Below, in pieces: positions 20,034 through 28,382 of a stretch of DNA of 56,325 nt. Within the stretch, counting starts at the first letter, position 1; every line of letters begins with the position of its first letter. The position numbers were made by a program, and so were the translations under genes. The stretch comes from a virus (taxonomy: Duplodnaviria > Caudoviricetes): positions 1 through 56,325 of the IMG/VR virus record IMGVR_UViG_3300044233_001555. One strand, 5' to 3'. A model generated the notes under the pieces. The model made no database searches, was not told the origin of the DNA, and was given only the letters and a program-made list of their open reading frames with translations.

Positions 20034-20251
20034 TTACTCCAGTATGATTCTTGCGTAAGGTTCATCTCCTTGGCAAGTTGTTCTACGGCACGTTGTGCAT
20101 CAATGCAGTCCTTGGCATACGCAGAACCTATCTCCATGACATCCCTTGTCACCTCTGCCGATAGGTTGATGACTTTGATAATTAGTTCTCTTTGCTTCTC
20201 ACTAACTGCAACTTTGCTTGCGGGTTTCTTGGTTACTTTCTTCTCAGTCAT
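20024..20251 (-). CDS. Hypothetical protein
   Basis: Likely start MTEKK at 20251 with a GAGG RBS, shorter than the track ORF. Confidence 0.55.
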   Translation of the reverse strand: MTEKKVTKKPASKVAVSEKQRELIIKVINLSAEVTRDVMEIGSAYAKDCIDAQRAVEQLAKEMNLTQESYWSKWK

Positions 20252-20654
20252 TCTTAAATTCCTCTGATTCATCTTGACCATAAACACCATACTTGTATGC
20301 GCCTGACAGTTTGAGTACAGCACGTGACAATGCTCTCTTCTCTGCCATCTCTACGACATACAAGGTTGTGACATTACCCTCTCTCCCCTTGCCAAACAAG
20401 GCAGAGGCAAAGGTTTCAATGGTTGTGTCACCCTTAGTTGCAACTGCCTTCACAACTGCAAAGTCTTTTTGAGGAGGTACGCTCATCAGTTCAAACGATA
20501 CCTTGATGTTGTTGGCATACTGTATCTTTTCTATGCCTGTTCTCGTAATGATAGGTATCTTCTTGCCGCCTCTCTCAAGAGTAAATATATCCTCCTTAAC
20601 TTCTAAGGCGTTCTCTTTAACCAAGTCATTAAGGAAGTCTCGTTTACTTGTCAT
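20244..20654 (-). CDS. Putative single-strand annealing / recombination protein
   Basis: 'EMAEKRALSRAVL' helix and position upstream of the exonuclease and ssb; family assignment is inference. Confidence 0.45.
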   Translation of the reverse strand: MTSKRDFLNDLVKENALEVKEDIFTLERGGKKIPIITRTGIEKIQYANNIKVSFELMSVPPQKDFAVVKAVATKGDTTIETFASALFGKGREGNVTTLYVVEMAEKRALSRAVLKLSGAYKYGVYGQDESEEFKND

Positions 20655-20748
20655 GCTCTTCCTCCCACTGTTGCCATTGGGCTACGGTCTGCTCGTACTC
20701 CTCTTGCGCTTCCATCTCCTGAATTTCTTCTTCAGTCATGTCATCCAT
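20644..20748 (-). CDS. Small acidic protein (34 aa, not in the ORF track)
   Basis: Hand translation MDDMTEEEIQEMEAQEEYEQTVAQWQQWEEEHDK; overlaps both neighbours and fills the gap. Confidence 0.55.
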   Translation of the reverse strand: MDDMTEEEIQEMEAQEEYEQTVAQWQQWEEEHDK

Positions 20749-21121
20749 ATTCAATATGCTCCATTCGTACATCAAGTTGGTTTGCTAGTTGCTTGACCCT
20801 TTCGATCAAGCCAGACATCTCCTCGACATCAAGTTCAGAAGTACCACGTACTCTGGTTCTAGGTGTGCCGTCGAGTCCTGTGTATTCTACACTACCAAGA
20901 TACTCCTGACTGACGTACTCCTTGATCTCTTCTACGCTGTGTCCTGTGCTTTCTGCCAAGGCCCTGAGTATAGCATGGAATAGATTGTTCTGCTCCACGC
21001 TACGACTGTTCTTATGCTCCCTGATTACTACTTCTTGGTTCTTGCCGTCTAGGTCTATGTCCTGTATTGCTCTAGTGCATCTTTCTCTGATGTCTTGTGA
21101 TCGAATCACGTACCTCTTCAC
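20741..21121 (-). CDS. NinB/Orf-like recombination accessory protein
   Basis: 'RSVEQNNLFHA' and 'TSELDVEEMSGLIE' match the NinB/YbcN-family pattern. Confidence 0.75.
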   Translation of the reverse strand: MKRYVIRSQDIRERCTRAIQDIDLDGKNQEVVIREHKNSRSVEQNNLFHAILRALAESTGHSVEEIKEYVSQEYLGSVEYTGLDGTPRTRVRGTSELDVEEMSGLIERVKQLANQLDVRMEHIEYG

Positions 21122-21299
21122 CTGATATCTCCTTGAAGATTTCCTTCATACCCACGGTTGCTCCCTCTATAAACAATCCTCTTAGCATCTCTTTGTAGGG
21201 GGCAATATCTGTGTGTACGAAAAGTAACTTGGGATATATTTCATCCTCAAAAATATTGTCTATTCTGTCTAGTGTCTCCACCGCTTTTTCTTCTATCAA
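21072..21299 (-). CDS. Hypothetical protein
   Basis: ORF on the operon strand overlapping its neighbours. Confidence 0.5.
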   Translation of the reverse strand: MIEEKAVETLDRIDNIFEDEIYPKLLFVHTDIAPYKEMLRGLFIEGATVGMKEIFKEISGEEVRDSITRHQRKMH

Positions 21300-21565
21300 T
21301 TTAGTTTATCCATGAAGGTTATGTTCTTGACCTCAATTCTGTATGAAACATTGTTGCTTACGTATATGTTGTGGTCTAACTCTTGAGAAATTATAGTCCT
21401 CATAATCTCATCGTCCGGCTCGCCATCATGTTCGATTTCTATAGCGACTAGGACATCTTTAGTATGCCATTCTCCATCGCTCTCCCTATCATCTGCAACG
21501 TCCATCTGTACTGTGTCTCCTTGTCGTGTTCCAGAGAGTGGCAGTCCGAGTGACACTGCTGACAA
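21296..21565 (-). CDS. Hypothetical protein (true start probably further downstream)
   Basis: The 3' half fills the gap; the 5' part overlaps the DUF968-like gene. Confidence 0.3.
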   Translation of the reverse strand: MSAVSLGLPLSGTRQGDTVQMDVADDRESDGEWHTKDVLVAIEIEHDGEPDDEIMRTIISQELDHNIYVSNNVSYRIEVKNITFMDKLN

Positions 21566-21711
21566 ACTGGTATGGTAAAATAGTCAGGAACTTTTCTGCC
21601 CATCCCTGCTCCTAGTGACTGGCTTCTGAGATGGTGAACCTGCACCGGATAAGTTCCACAGTGTATACATGAGTGTTCCGCTACCCACTGCATATACTTT
21701 TTACTTTTCAT
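21448..21711 (-). CDS. DUF968-like zinc-binding HNH-type protein
   Basis: 'KYMQWV...CIHCG...HHL...IPVCQQCH' pattern. Confidence 0.72.
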   Translation of the reverse strand: MKSKKYMQWVAEHSCIHCGTYPVQVHHLRSQSLGAGMGRKVPDYFTIPVCQQCHSDCHSLEHDKETQYRWTLQMIGRAMENGILKMS

Positions 21712-21714
21712 TGG

Positions 21715-21743
21715 TTGATTATAACATATAGATTTAGTATAAT
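21715..21743 (+). promoter_or_regulatory. Sigma70-type promoter of the replication operon
   Basis: TTGATT (21715-20), 17-bp spacer, TATAAT (21738-43), upstream of the ATG at 21774. Confidence 0.7.
21718..21726 (-). promoter_or_regulatory. Extended -10 promoter, probably giving a leaderless transcript of the leftward operon
   Basis: Minus strand reads TGTTATAATcaaccaATG; no RBS before the ATG at 21711. Confidence 0.55.
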
Positions 21744-21773
21744 CCCATGTTCGTTTAATCTTTAGGGTAAATT

Positions 21774-22310
21774 ATGAGCCTAAGAAGAATACTAAAGGCA
21801 CTAGACCTTGACATTACAACGTCTGAGAAAATGATATTGATCCTTCTATCAGACAATGCTAATGATGAGACAGGTGAATGTTGGCCTTCTCAAAAATACC
21901 TTGCTGAAAGGGCGGGTATGTCAAGACAGAATGTTAACTTAATTATCAACAGGTTACGTGAAAAAGGACACATATCTTTTGAACACAGGAAAGGGGAGAA
22001 GGGCCAGACAAGTAACATTTATAAAATAAATACGGTGTCATCTCAGTTGACACCCCCTGTCAAGTCAGTTGACACGGAATCTGTAATAGAATCTTTACAT
22101 ATTGCTAACAACAGTATTTGGGATGTATGGGAGCAGTTGGCAGGCCCTAATTCAAGGGGTATCTTGGGGCAATTGATAAAGGCCAACGGAGAGAATGAGG
22201 TAGCCAAGGCGGTGGGGATTGTGCTGTTGAAAAGACCCGCTGATCCCAAGCAATACATCTACGGTATACTCAGAAACAACAAGCCCAGAAGAAAAGGATT
22301 CCAAGCATGA
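21774..22310 (+). CDS. HTH-domain replication initiator (replisome organiser-like)
   Basis: 'EKMILILLSDNAND..GECWPSQKYLAERAGMSRQNV...L...GHI' is an HTH_36-type domain; lies upstream of the helicase; contains direct repeats. Confidence 0.8.
   Translation: MSLRRILKALDLDITTSEKMILILLSDNANDETGECWPSQKYLAERAGMSRQNVNLIINRLREKGHISFEHRKGEKGQTSNIYKINTVSSQLTPPVKSVDTESVIESLHIANNSIWDVWEQLAGPNSRGILGQLIKANGENEVAKAVGIVLLKRPADPKQYIYGILRNNKPRRKGFQA
22036..22075. repeat. Two iteron-like 18-bp direct repeats; putative replication origin
   Basis: TGTCATCTCAGTTGACAC (22036-53) and TGTCAAGTCAGTTGACAC (22058-75); 22-bp period; adjacent AT-rich tract; inside the initiator gene. Confidence 0.6.
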
Positions 22311-24013
22311 AAGACTATGCTGATTTTGGTATCAAGTTCACTGGCACTGGTGTTCAGATTGCAACCACTTGCCCCAAATGTAGCAAGGACAGGCGCAAGA
22401 AGAATGCCAAGTGTTTGTCTGTCAACACAGATGAGAAGATTTGGTTGTGCCATCACTGTGGTTGGAGTGGTAGCCTGTTATCGGGTACTGATGACAGCCT
22501 TGGTTTGCACTGGCGCAAGCCTGAGTTCAGAAAGCCAGAGCCTATACCCAAGAGCGATCTGCCAGAGGCTACGATTGAGTGGCTGAACAAGAGGGGCATA
22601 TCGGAAGAGACAGCAATCGACTGTGGTATCGGCATGAAGAAGGTGTACATGCCTCAGTCTGAGGAAGAGAAGATGGCCCTCACGTTTCCCTACTACCGCA
22701 ACGGTGATTTGGTTAACGTGAAGTATAGGTCAGGCTCCAAGGAGTTCAGGTCTGAGGTAAATGCGGAGCGCATACTGTATGGTCTTGACGATATAACAGA
22801 TGAGGATGGTGTTGTTATCTTTGTCGAGGGAGAGATGGACAAACTATCTCTGTATGAGGCGGGGATGAAGCAGTGTGTCAGTGTGCCTGATGGTGCGCCA
22901 TCCGTTGAGTCAAAGAACTACTCCTCTAAGTTTGAATTTCTCAACGAGTCACGCATCAACGGAGTGGAAAAGGGGAGAACGTACATCATAGCGGTAGACA
23001 ACGATGCCCCCGGACAGAGACTGCAAGAGGAACTGGCGCGTAGGCTTGGCAAAGAGGTATGCAGTAGGGTGACATGGCCCGAAGACTGCAAGGATGCCAA
23101 CGATGTACTGGTCAAGCATGGCAAGAAGGTGTTGGCTGAGTGCATCGAACATGCGGAGCCATACCCCATAGCGGGTACGTTCACAGCCAGTGATTTGTCT
23201 GACAAGTTGGGAGAGTTGTACGACAACGGATTAGAGAAGGGAACATCCACAGGGTGGGCATGTCTGGATAAGCACTACCTAGTCAGGCCGGGATGCTTCT
23301 CTGTTGTGACAGGCATACCATGCAGTGGCAAGTCCAACTGGATTGACTCCATGATGGTGAACATAGCCAAGAAGAATGGTTGGAGGTTCGCCATATTCTC
23401 TCCAGAGAATCAGCCATTGGAGGATCATATGTCCCGAATCATGGAGAAGTACATAGGCGCTCCGTTTAGGCAGGGATTCAACAGGCGCATGACCAAGGAA
23501 GAACTGAACTACGCCAAGGATTGGGTGAAGGAACACTTCCACTGGATACTGCCTGAGGATGATGCAGAGTGGACGCTTGAGAAGATACTGGATACAGCGA
23601 GGGGATTGGTCAGGAGGCATGGGATCAGGGGCTTGGTGATTGATCCGTGGAATGAGTTGGAGAGTGGGAGAGGTGGGTTTTCTGAGACAGAGTACATTGG
23701 CATGTGCTTGAAGAGGGCGAGACAGTTCGCCAGAAGGTACGGAATACACCTGTGGATCGTAGCCCACCCTGCCAAGATGTACCGTGACAAGGATGGAGGC
23801 TACCCAGTGCCTAGCCTGTGGGATATCTCAGGCTCCGCACACTGGAGGAACAAGTCAGATTCAGGGGTGGTGATATACCGTGACCTGTCAGACCCTGACT
23901 CCAAGTTGGTAGACATCCACATTCAGAAGCAGAGATTTAGACAGGACGGTGCTATGGGAATGGCATCACTTAGATATAACCCAATCGTAGGAGATTATTT
24001 TGAAACTAACTGA
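22307..24013 (+). CDS. DNA primase-helicase (T7 gp4 / Twinkle-like)
   Basis: Zn finger CPKC...CHHC; TOPRIM VEGEMD and DND; Walker A GIPCSGKS; IDPW, VAHP and DISGS SF4 motifs. Confidence 0.92.
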   Translation: MKDYADFGIKFTGTGVQIATTCPKCSKDRRKKNAKCLSVNTDEKIWLCHHCGWSGSLLSGTDDSLGLHWRKPEFRKPEPIPKSDLPEATIEWLNKRGISEETAIDCGIGMKKVYMPQSEEEKMALTFPYYRNGDLVNVKYRSGSKEFRSEVNAERILYGLDDITDEDGVVIFVEGEMDKLSLYEAGMKQCVSVPDGAPSVESKNYSSKFEFLNESRINGVEKGRTYIIAVDNDAPGQRLQEELARRLGKEVCSRVTWPEDCKDANDVLVKHGKKVLAECIEHAEPYPIAGTFTASDLSDKLGELYDNGLEKGTSTGWACLDKHYLVRPGCFSVVTGIPCSGKSNWIDSMMVNIAKKNGWRFAIFSPENQPLEDHMSRIMEKYIGAPFRQGFNRRMTKEELNYAKDWVKEHFHWILPEDDAEWTLEKILDTARGLVRRHGIRGLVIDPWNELESGRGGFSETEYIGMCLKRARQFARRYGIHLWIVAHPAKMYRDKDGGYPVPSLWDISGSAHWRNKSDSGVVIYRDLSDPDSKLVDIHIQKQRFRQDGAMGMASLRYNPIVGDYFETN

Positions 24014-24266
24014 TGATCAGGCAGAAGAAGTACGGATTGAGTTGAGGGAGAATGAGTTGGAAATTAAACAGATTGCTAAGATGTTTAAAGTATCTGTCCA
24101 CACTGTTGCCTTAATAAACAGAGGGCTTAGACACTATGTTCCTAGATATAACTATCCTGTTCGTAAGATTAGTAACCAAAAAGATTTAAGGTACAAGGAG
24201 CCGGGGTATAGAAGTAAATTCTGGGATAATTACTACCCAGAATCACAATCAATTTTAGATGAGTAA
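24000..24266 (+). CDS. Small HTH DNA-binding protein
   Basis: 'IKQIAKMFKVSVHTVALINRG' HTH pattern; TTG start with a GGAG RBS. Confidence 0.6.
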   Translation: MKLTDDQAEEVRIELRENELEIKQIAKMFKVSVHTVALINRGLRHYVPRYNYPVRKISNQKDLRYKEPGYRSKFWDNYYPESQSILDE

Positions 24267-24670
24267 TGAGTGAGGGAGAGGAGATATTTCTTAGTCAGTG
24301 TGTAGCCTGTGGCCTCCCTGCCCCAGAGAGAGAGCATAAATTTCTGGAGCGGAGGAGGTTCAGGTTTGACTTTGCTTGGATCAACCTGATGTTAGGGGTT
24401 GAGATTGAGGGAGGGGTGTACTCTGGTGGTAGGCATACCAGAGGGGTGGGGTACAGTCGTGACCTAGAGAAGTACAACTTGGCGGCTATGCATGGGTGGA
24501 CTGTGTATAGATTCACCACGCAGGATGTAAAGAGCGGTGTGGCTGTCGGGTTTATAACAATAATAATAAATAAAGAGGGATTGATTGATGGGTATAAGGA
24601 TATCAGCGGAGGACTTATGCTCCCTGACTCCAACAACAGAACTAAACCAAAGACCAAGGGTAAGGTCTGA
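24266..24670 (+). CDS. DUF559/Vsr-like endonuclease
   Basis: 'EHKF...RFDFAW...VEIEGG...H.RG.GY..D.EKYN.A...GW.VYRFT'. Confidence 0.8.
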   Translation: MSEGEEIFLSQCVACGLPAPEREHKFLERRRFRFDFAWINLMLGVEIEGGVYSGGRHTRGVGYSRDLEKYNLAAMHGWTVYRFTTQDVKSGVAVGFITIIINKEGLIDGYKDISGGLMLPDSNNRTKPKTKGKV

Positions 24671-25109
24671 AGTCATATGCTACGTGTTGGCAGGGATATC
24701 GAAGGAAGCATCTAACTTTGTCAGGCTGAAGTACGCCAATGATGATAGCAACATGAGGCCAGTGGCCCATGAACTGGTGAGGCGTGTGAGGAAGAAAGCG
24801 CCCAAAATTTTGAGTGATGATGCGTTGTGGAAGTTGGCACTGATCGCAATACGAGAGGCGATATCAGACCATATGTGTGGCACGTGCAATGGGAAATCTT
24901 GGGTGAGTACGGGTATGAAGCAGATCGTGTGCTTCACATGCAAGGGGACAGGGAAGAGGAGCAAGAAGAGCAAGGACATAGCGGAGGATTTGGAGGTGTC
25001 GATTCAGTTTTACAACAAGTACTGCAAATATATTGTTGAAAGAAATATGTTGGGGATACTGTCTGCATACGAGGGGGAACTGCACAATGCCTTCAGAAAG
25101 AGGCTGTGA
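24585..25109 (+). CDS. Lambda Q-like antiterminator / late regulator with Zn finger
   Basis: CGTCNG...CFTCKGTG zinc motif followed by an HTH-like segment; last gene of the replication operon, where Q lies in lambdoid phages. Confidence 0.6.
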   Translation: MMGIRISAEDLCSLTPTTELNQRPRVRSEVICYVLAGISKEASNFVRLKYANDDSNMRPVAHELVRRVRKKAPKILSDDALWKLALIAIREAISDHMCGTCNGKSWVSTGMKQIVCFTCKGTGKRSKKSKDIAEDLEVSIQFYNKYCKYIVERNMLGILSAYEGELHNAFRKRL

Positions 25110-25206
25110 GAGGCCGTGTAATGGCGTGTATTGAACGATCTCTAGTGGACTGGTAGGGTGGTACTGGGTAGGGGATGTTGACCGTCACCGGCCTTACCCT
25201 GAGAGG

Positions 25207-25233
25207 GGGGGGTTGACACGTATGTTATAATAT
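25207..25233 (+). promoter_or_regulatory. 27-bp promoter-like element, copy 1
   Basis: GGGGGGTTGACACGTATGTTATAATAT; extended -10 TGnTATAAT; 25/27 identical to 31922-31948. Confidence 0.6.
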
Positions 25234-25251
25234 GTCTGTGGGAATATGGAC

Positions 25252-25277
25252 AAAAAAAAGGGGGGCCGAAGCCCCCC
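25252..25277 (-). terminator. Intrinsic terminator of the leftward early transcript
   Basis: Minus strand GGGGGGC-TTCG-GCCCCCC then T8, right after the last early ORF. Confidence 0.85.
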
Positions 25278-25283
25278 TCAATG

Positions 25284-25448
25284 TTACATAAGTGAATCGA
25301 AGTATCTGAGTATTGCATCGTATACAGACTTAGGACATCTCTCTAAGTCCTCGACATCAACGCCGAGTTTCTCTGCTACGATGTACTCAAGGTCAGCAAC
25401 GTAGTCTTGCTTGTCTACGTCAGATATGCCTTGGTAGGTATCAATCAT
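25284..25448 (-). CDS. Small acidic hypothetical protein (54 aa, not in the ORF track)
   Basis: Hand translation MIDTYQGISDVDKQDYVADLEYIVAEKLGVDVEDLERCPKSVYDAILRYFDSLM; GAGGAGG RBS; ends just before the terminator. Confidence 0.7.
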   Translation of the reverse strand: MIDTYQGISDVDKQDYVADLEYIVAEKLGVDVEDLERCPKSVYDAILRYFDSLM

Positions 25449-25896
25449 CTTGAAACCTCCTCAAGAACATGTCACTGTGCTTAACCTTGTACTTTGATAA
25501 GGAACGAACTAGTACGTCTGTGTCGATGTTCATGTACCTGTTTAGCAGGTCAATGTACACTGACACAAACAACGTACCATGCGAGGGGCCTTCTGCAATA
25601 TCTCTTGCAATGTGATGAGATATCTCATGCAGAATGATACCGCTCTTGCGACCCCAACCTAAAGGAAGTTCTATACGAGGTGGGTTGTACCTAGCCCACG
25701 CCCATACAGCATTTTTCCTGTAGGTCTGCACTGCCTTGACCTTAAGATTGTTTCGACGTTCAGCAAGAACCATGTCAACAAACTCTTGGACTTGGCTTAG
25801 TTCAGGGAGATCAAAGTTACGCTTGTTACTGCGTAAGCAATTGTACTCCCAATCGTACACCTTACTACGTTGAAAGTCTCTCATAACTGACTCCAT
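25441..25896 (-). CDS. SprT-like / zincin HExxH metalloprotease
   Basis: 'IILHEISHH...SHG..F' motif. Confidence 0.72.
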   Translation of the reverse strand: MESVMRDFQRSKVYDWEYNCLRSNKRNFDLPELSQVQEFVDMVLAERRNNLKVKAVQTYRKNAVWAWARYNPPRIELPLGWGRKSGIILHEISHHIARDIAEGPSHGTLFVSVYIDLLNRYMNIDTDVLVRSLSKYKVKHSDMFLRRFQDD

Positions 25897-25920
25897 TCAG
25901 AAAGATCAAACCATCTCAAT

Positions 25921-26184
25921 TTATCTGGGGCTAACTCTAGGTATAGTCCCTGAGACTCCTTGGGTAGGTTTATCTTCCTGTGTGCAATCACCTTGCCGGA
26001 CATGACCGCTCCGGTTCGGTTGCATTTGAGAGTTACTCTTGTTCCTTTCAATTACATACTCCTGTGTTTCTAATTTAGTTGCATCCTTTCCATACTTGCG
26101 TATGGATGTACGTGAAACCATGCGCCTCACACCTGATCTTTTGATTGGGTATGTGGGGCGTGGCTTCAATCTCTTATGGTTCAT
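25921..26184 (-). CDS. Hypothetical basic protein
   Basis: ORF with an AGGAG RBS in the early operon. Confidence 0.5.
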   Translation of the reverse strand: MNHKRLKPRPTYPIKRSGVRRMVSRTSIRKYGKDATKLETQEYVIERNKSNSQMQPNRSGHVRQGDCTQEDKPTQGVSGTIPRVSPR

Positions 26185-26197
26185 TCATTGGTTACTC

Positions 26198-26866
26198 CTA
26201 GTGTAGTCCACTTGTTACAATGTTAACATCACGATCCCAACATGCAAAGCAGTTTGACTCCTCGCATGATGAGAACCCCTTACCGTCTTCGACTGGGCAT
26301 ATATGACCAAGCGCCCTGTCTCTGTCGGTATGCACTAAGTGATGGGTGATCTGCTTACAATCATCGAACCCCTTCACTATGTCTCCATCAACCATGTAAC
26401 CAGACATCTGGATTACTAGGTTATCTGGAACTATACCACCCTCGTCAAGGAACTGACGCACCGTGCGCTTCTCCTTGGTAACGAGCCAGTGCTGTATGTG
26501 CGGAGTACCATTACATACTTCAATGATATTCCGCAGATGTTGCACACTGTCGATGTCACCGCTGTCGAACCACCGGAACCTGTGCTTAACCTTGATAGAG
26601 ATAAGCATGGTCATGGCTGTAACCCACATAGGATGATACAGTTTCTCGTATCGTTTCTGTTGGGCGTTCTTGACGTTGGGATAATTGTAGTTGCCTTTCA
26701 TGGCATAGCACTCATGGCACACAGAGCCTTTGACTTCTCTCAGTTTGCTACCTACCTTGCAATGCTTGGCAGGTGTAGAGAAGGAACTCTCAGGCATCTT
26801 TGTAGTCTGTGACAGACCACCTGTGATCTCATTGAGTGCGCTAACTACTTGTTGTTTTGTTTGCAT
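26198..26866 (-). CDS. GP88-family cysteine-rich (radical-SAM-like) phage protein
   Basis: 'KMP...C..GS...VCHECYA.KG.Y' and 'RWFDSGD'; C-terminal CP...C...C..CW; family call from memory. Confidence 0.65.
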   Translation of the reverse strand: MQTKQQVVSALNEITGGLSQTTKMPESSFSTPAKHCKVGSKLREVKGSVCHECYAMKGNYNYPNVKNAQQKRYEKLYHPMWVTAMTMLISIKVKHRFRWFDSGDIDSVQHLRNIIEVCNGTPHIQHWLVTKEKRTVRQFLDEGGIVPDNLVIQMSGYMVDGDIVKGFDDCKQITHHLVHTDRDRALGHICPVEDGKGFSSCEESNCFACWDRDVNIVTSGLH

Positions 26867-26878
26867 AAGATTCTCCGT

Positions 26879-26893
26879 TGTTAATAATTAACA
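26879..26893. promoter_or_regulatory. 15-bp palindrome, copy 1 (TGTTAATAATTAACA)
   Basis: Between the stop at 26896 and the RBS of 26866. Confidence 0.8.
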
Positions 26894-26895
26894 TA

Positions 26896-27267
26896 TTAGA
26901 TATCTGCCTCGCTCCTGATATCTTCAGCAGTTGAAATCAGATCATATAAACTGTGATTGATAGATTCAAGAGAGGACTTGTACTCCTCTATCCTATCCAG
27001 TGCATCACGAATGTCTGCGAAGTTATCAATGTCATCGAACATCAGGCACTTGCTAACCTCATCAGCGTGGTTGTCCCACTCCAACTGAGTCTCAATCTCG
27101 TGATTCTTGAGGTAACGACCAAGGGATTCCTCACTGATACCAAGTTGAGTGTGGCACTCTGATCCTGATGAAACAATCTTACCTTCAAGGTCAGCAACAG
27201 TCTTGATCTCGTTGGCTTCGATGAACTTGAACACAGCAATTAAAACACTAAGGATATTGTTATCCAT
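26896..27267 (-). CDS. Hypothetical acidic protein
   Basis: GGAG RBS; D/E-rich. Confidence 0.65.
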   Translation of the reverse strand: MDNNILSVLIAVFKFIEANEIKTVADLEGKIVSSGSECHTQLGISEESLGRYLKNHEIETQLEWDNHADEVSKCLMFDDIDNFADIRDALDRIEEYKSSLESINHSLYDLISTAEDIRSEADI

Positions 27268-27328
27268 TTTTTTCTCCGTTTAAAGTTGAGCAGTTCAGAA
27301 GCATACTCAGGCTATAGAAACTAACCGT

Positions 27329-27589
27329 TTACTTTTTGTTAGAAAGGTAAGGTATCATCTCACTCTCTGATAACTCCAGAGAGTTCTCTTTGTTAGACAA
27401 CCAGAACACAGGCTCTAACTTAGTTTCCTTATCATCATTAGATACAGGCTCCAAAGTTATCTCGTTCAGTCTATACCAAGTGAGAACTCTCTCATGGTCA
27501 TCAAAGAACTCATCGTCTACATAGACAGTGCCATGTCCTTCGATGTCCCAAGAGTCAGGCGAATAAGGATCGTATGATGGATGGGCCAT
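27329..27589 (-). CDS. Hypothetical acidic protein
   Basis: TAATG coupling; GGAGG RBS. Confidence 0.65.
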   Translation of the reverse strand: MAHPSYDPYSPDSWDIEGHGTVYVDDEFFDDHERVLTWYRLNEITLEPVSNDDKETKLEPVFWLSNKENSLELSESEMIPYLSNKK

Positions 27590-27813
27590 TACTTGCTACC
27601 TCCGTATGACTCAGGCATCTGATCCTCGTTTGGATCAACGACATTCTTGGCTACGTTTGACCACATAATCCAACGTTCCAGTTGCCTCTTCAGGTCTTCC
27701 ATAACGTAGTCATCAGAGATGACCAAGAGAGGAGGGCCGGGAGAATCGTTGTCGTAGATTGCTATGCCTTCGGAGGGCATGTCAGCAATGCGGGGTGCTA
27801 CTACTAAGTCCAT
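27589..27813 (-). CDS. Hypothetical acidic protein
   Basis: AGGAG RBS. Confidence 0.65.
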   Translation of the reverse strand: MDLVVAPRIADMPSEGIAIYDNDSPGPPLLVISDDYVMEDLKRQLERWIMWSNVAKNVVDPNEDQMPESYGGSK

Positions 27814-27842
27814 AGTTAATCTCCTATGTGTTGTGGTGTTGA

Positions 27843-28100
27843 TTAGATAGTGATCTTATGATCAGCACTATACCAGACAATAACATCATCGTCTGTTTCC
27901 ATCCAAGCCACAGCACCACAGGACAATGGCTTGTCAGGATTGTATACAAGTTCAACCTTACCGAGTGTCTCAACATAGAACGAACGGTAGTTTCTCTTGT
28001 AAGTTTTAACGGTGAATGGAGGACGTTCATCGTCCCAACTGGTTGCATGTTTCTTGTTCCATGCAATGTTGTGACGGTTAACGTGAATGCGTTTCTTCAT
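27843..28100 (-). CDS. Hypothetical phage protein
   Basis: Likely start MKKRIHVN at 28100 (GGAG 6 nt upstream); 'PDKPLSCGAVAWMET' resembles a recurrent small phage family. Confidence 0.65.
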   Translation of the reverse strand: MKKRIHVNRHNIAWNKKHATSWDDERPPFTVKTYKRNYRSFYVETLGKVELVYNPDKPLSCGAVAWMETDDDVIVWYSADHKITI

Positions 28101-28371
28101 TCTCATCTCCAATAGGAAACCACTTACCAAGTTTATTTTGGTATGTCTTGTAGTGGTAGACCACTTTGTGACCAGTATGAGGAAAGGATTTGAGTGACCA
28201 ACACAGTCCGATACCATTGACAGCAGTAAGGCACTCTTTGATAAAAAAGTGAGCGCCTTCCAGACTATCGAAAGTTGCAGTTGTGTAGTCGCCTTCGGCA
28301 TCTTGCGTAAGCATACCGAACTCTTTTCTTGCATCGTCGTTAACGATAATGATTGTTGTTGCTTCTGACAT
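28078..28371 (-). CDS. Hypothetical protein
   Basis: Likely start MSEAT at 28371 with a GGAG RBS just after palindrome copy 2. Confidence 0.65.
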   Translation of the reverse strand: MSEATTIIIVNDDARKEFGMLTQDAEGDYTTATFDSLEGAHFFIKECLTAVNGIGLCWSLKSFPHTGHKVVYHYKTYQNKLGKWFPIGDENEETHSR

Positions 28372-28382
28372 CAGTGTCTCCG

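Noticed and set aside
25150-25212. G-rich tract as a G-quadruplex or tRNA
   Set aside because: G-runs are irregular and there is no cloverleaf or T-loop consensus; only a weak hairpin is possible.
28101-28334. 5' extension of track ORF 27843..28334
   Set aside because: Overlaps the RBS-supported gene 28078-28371; a better start with RBS lies at 28100.
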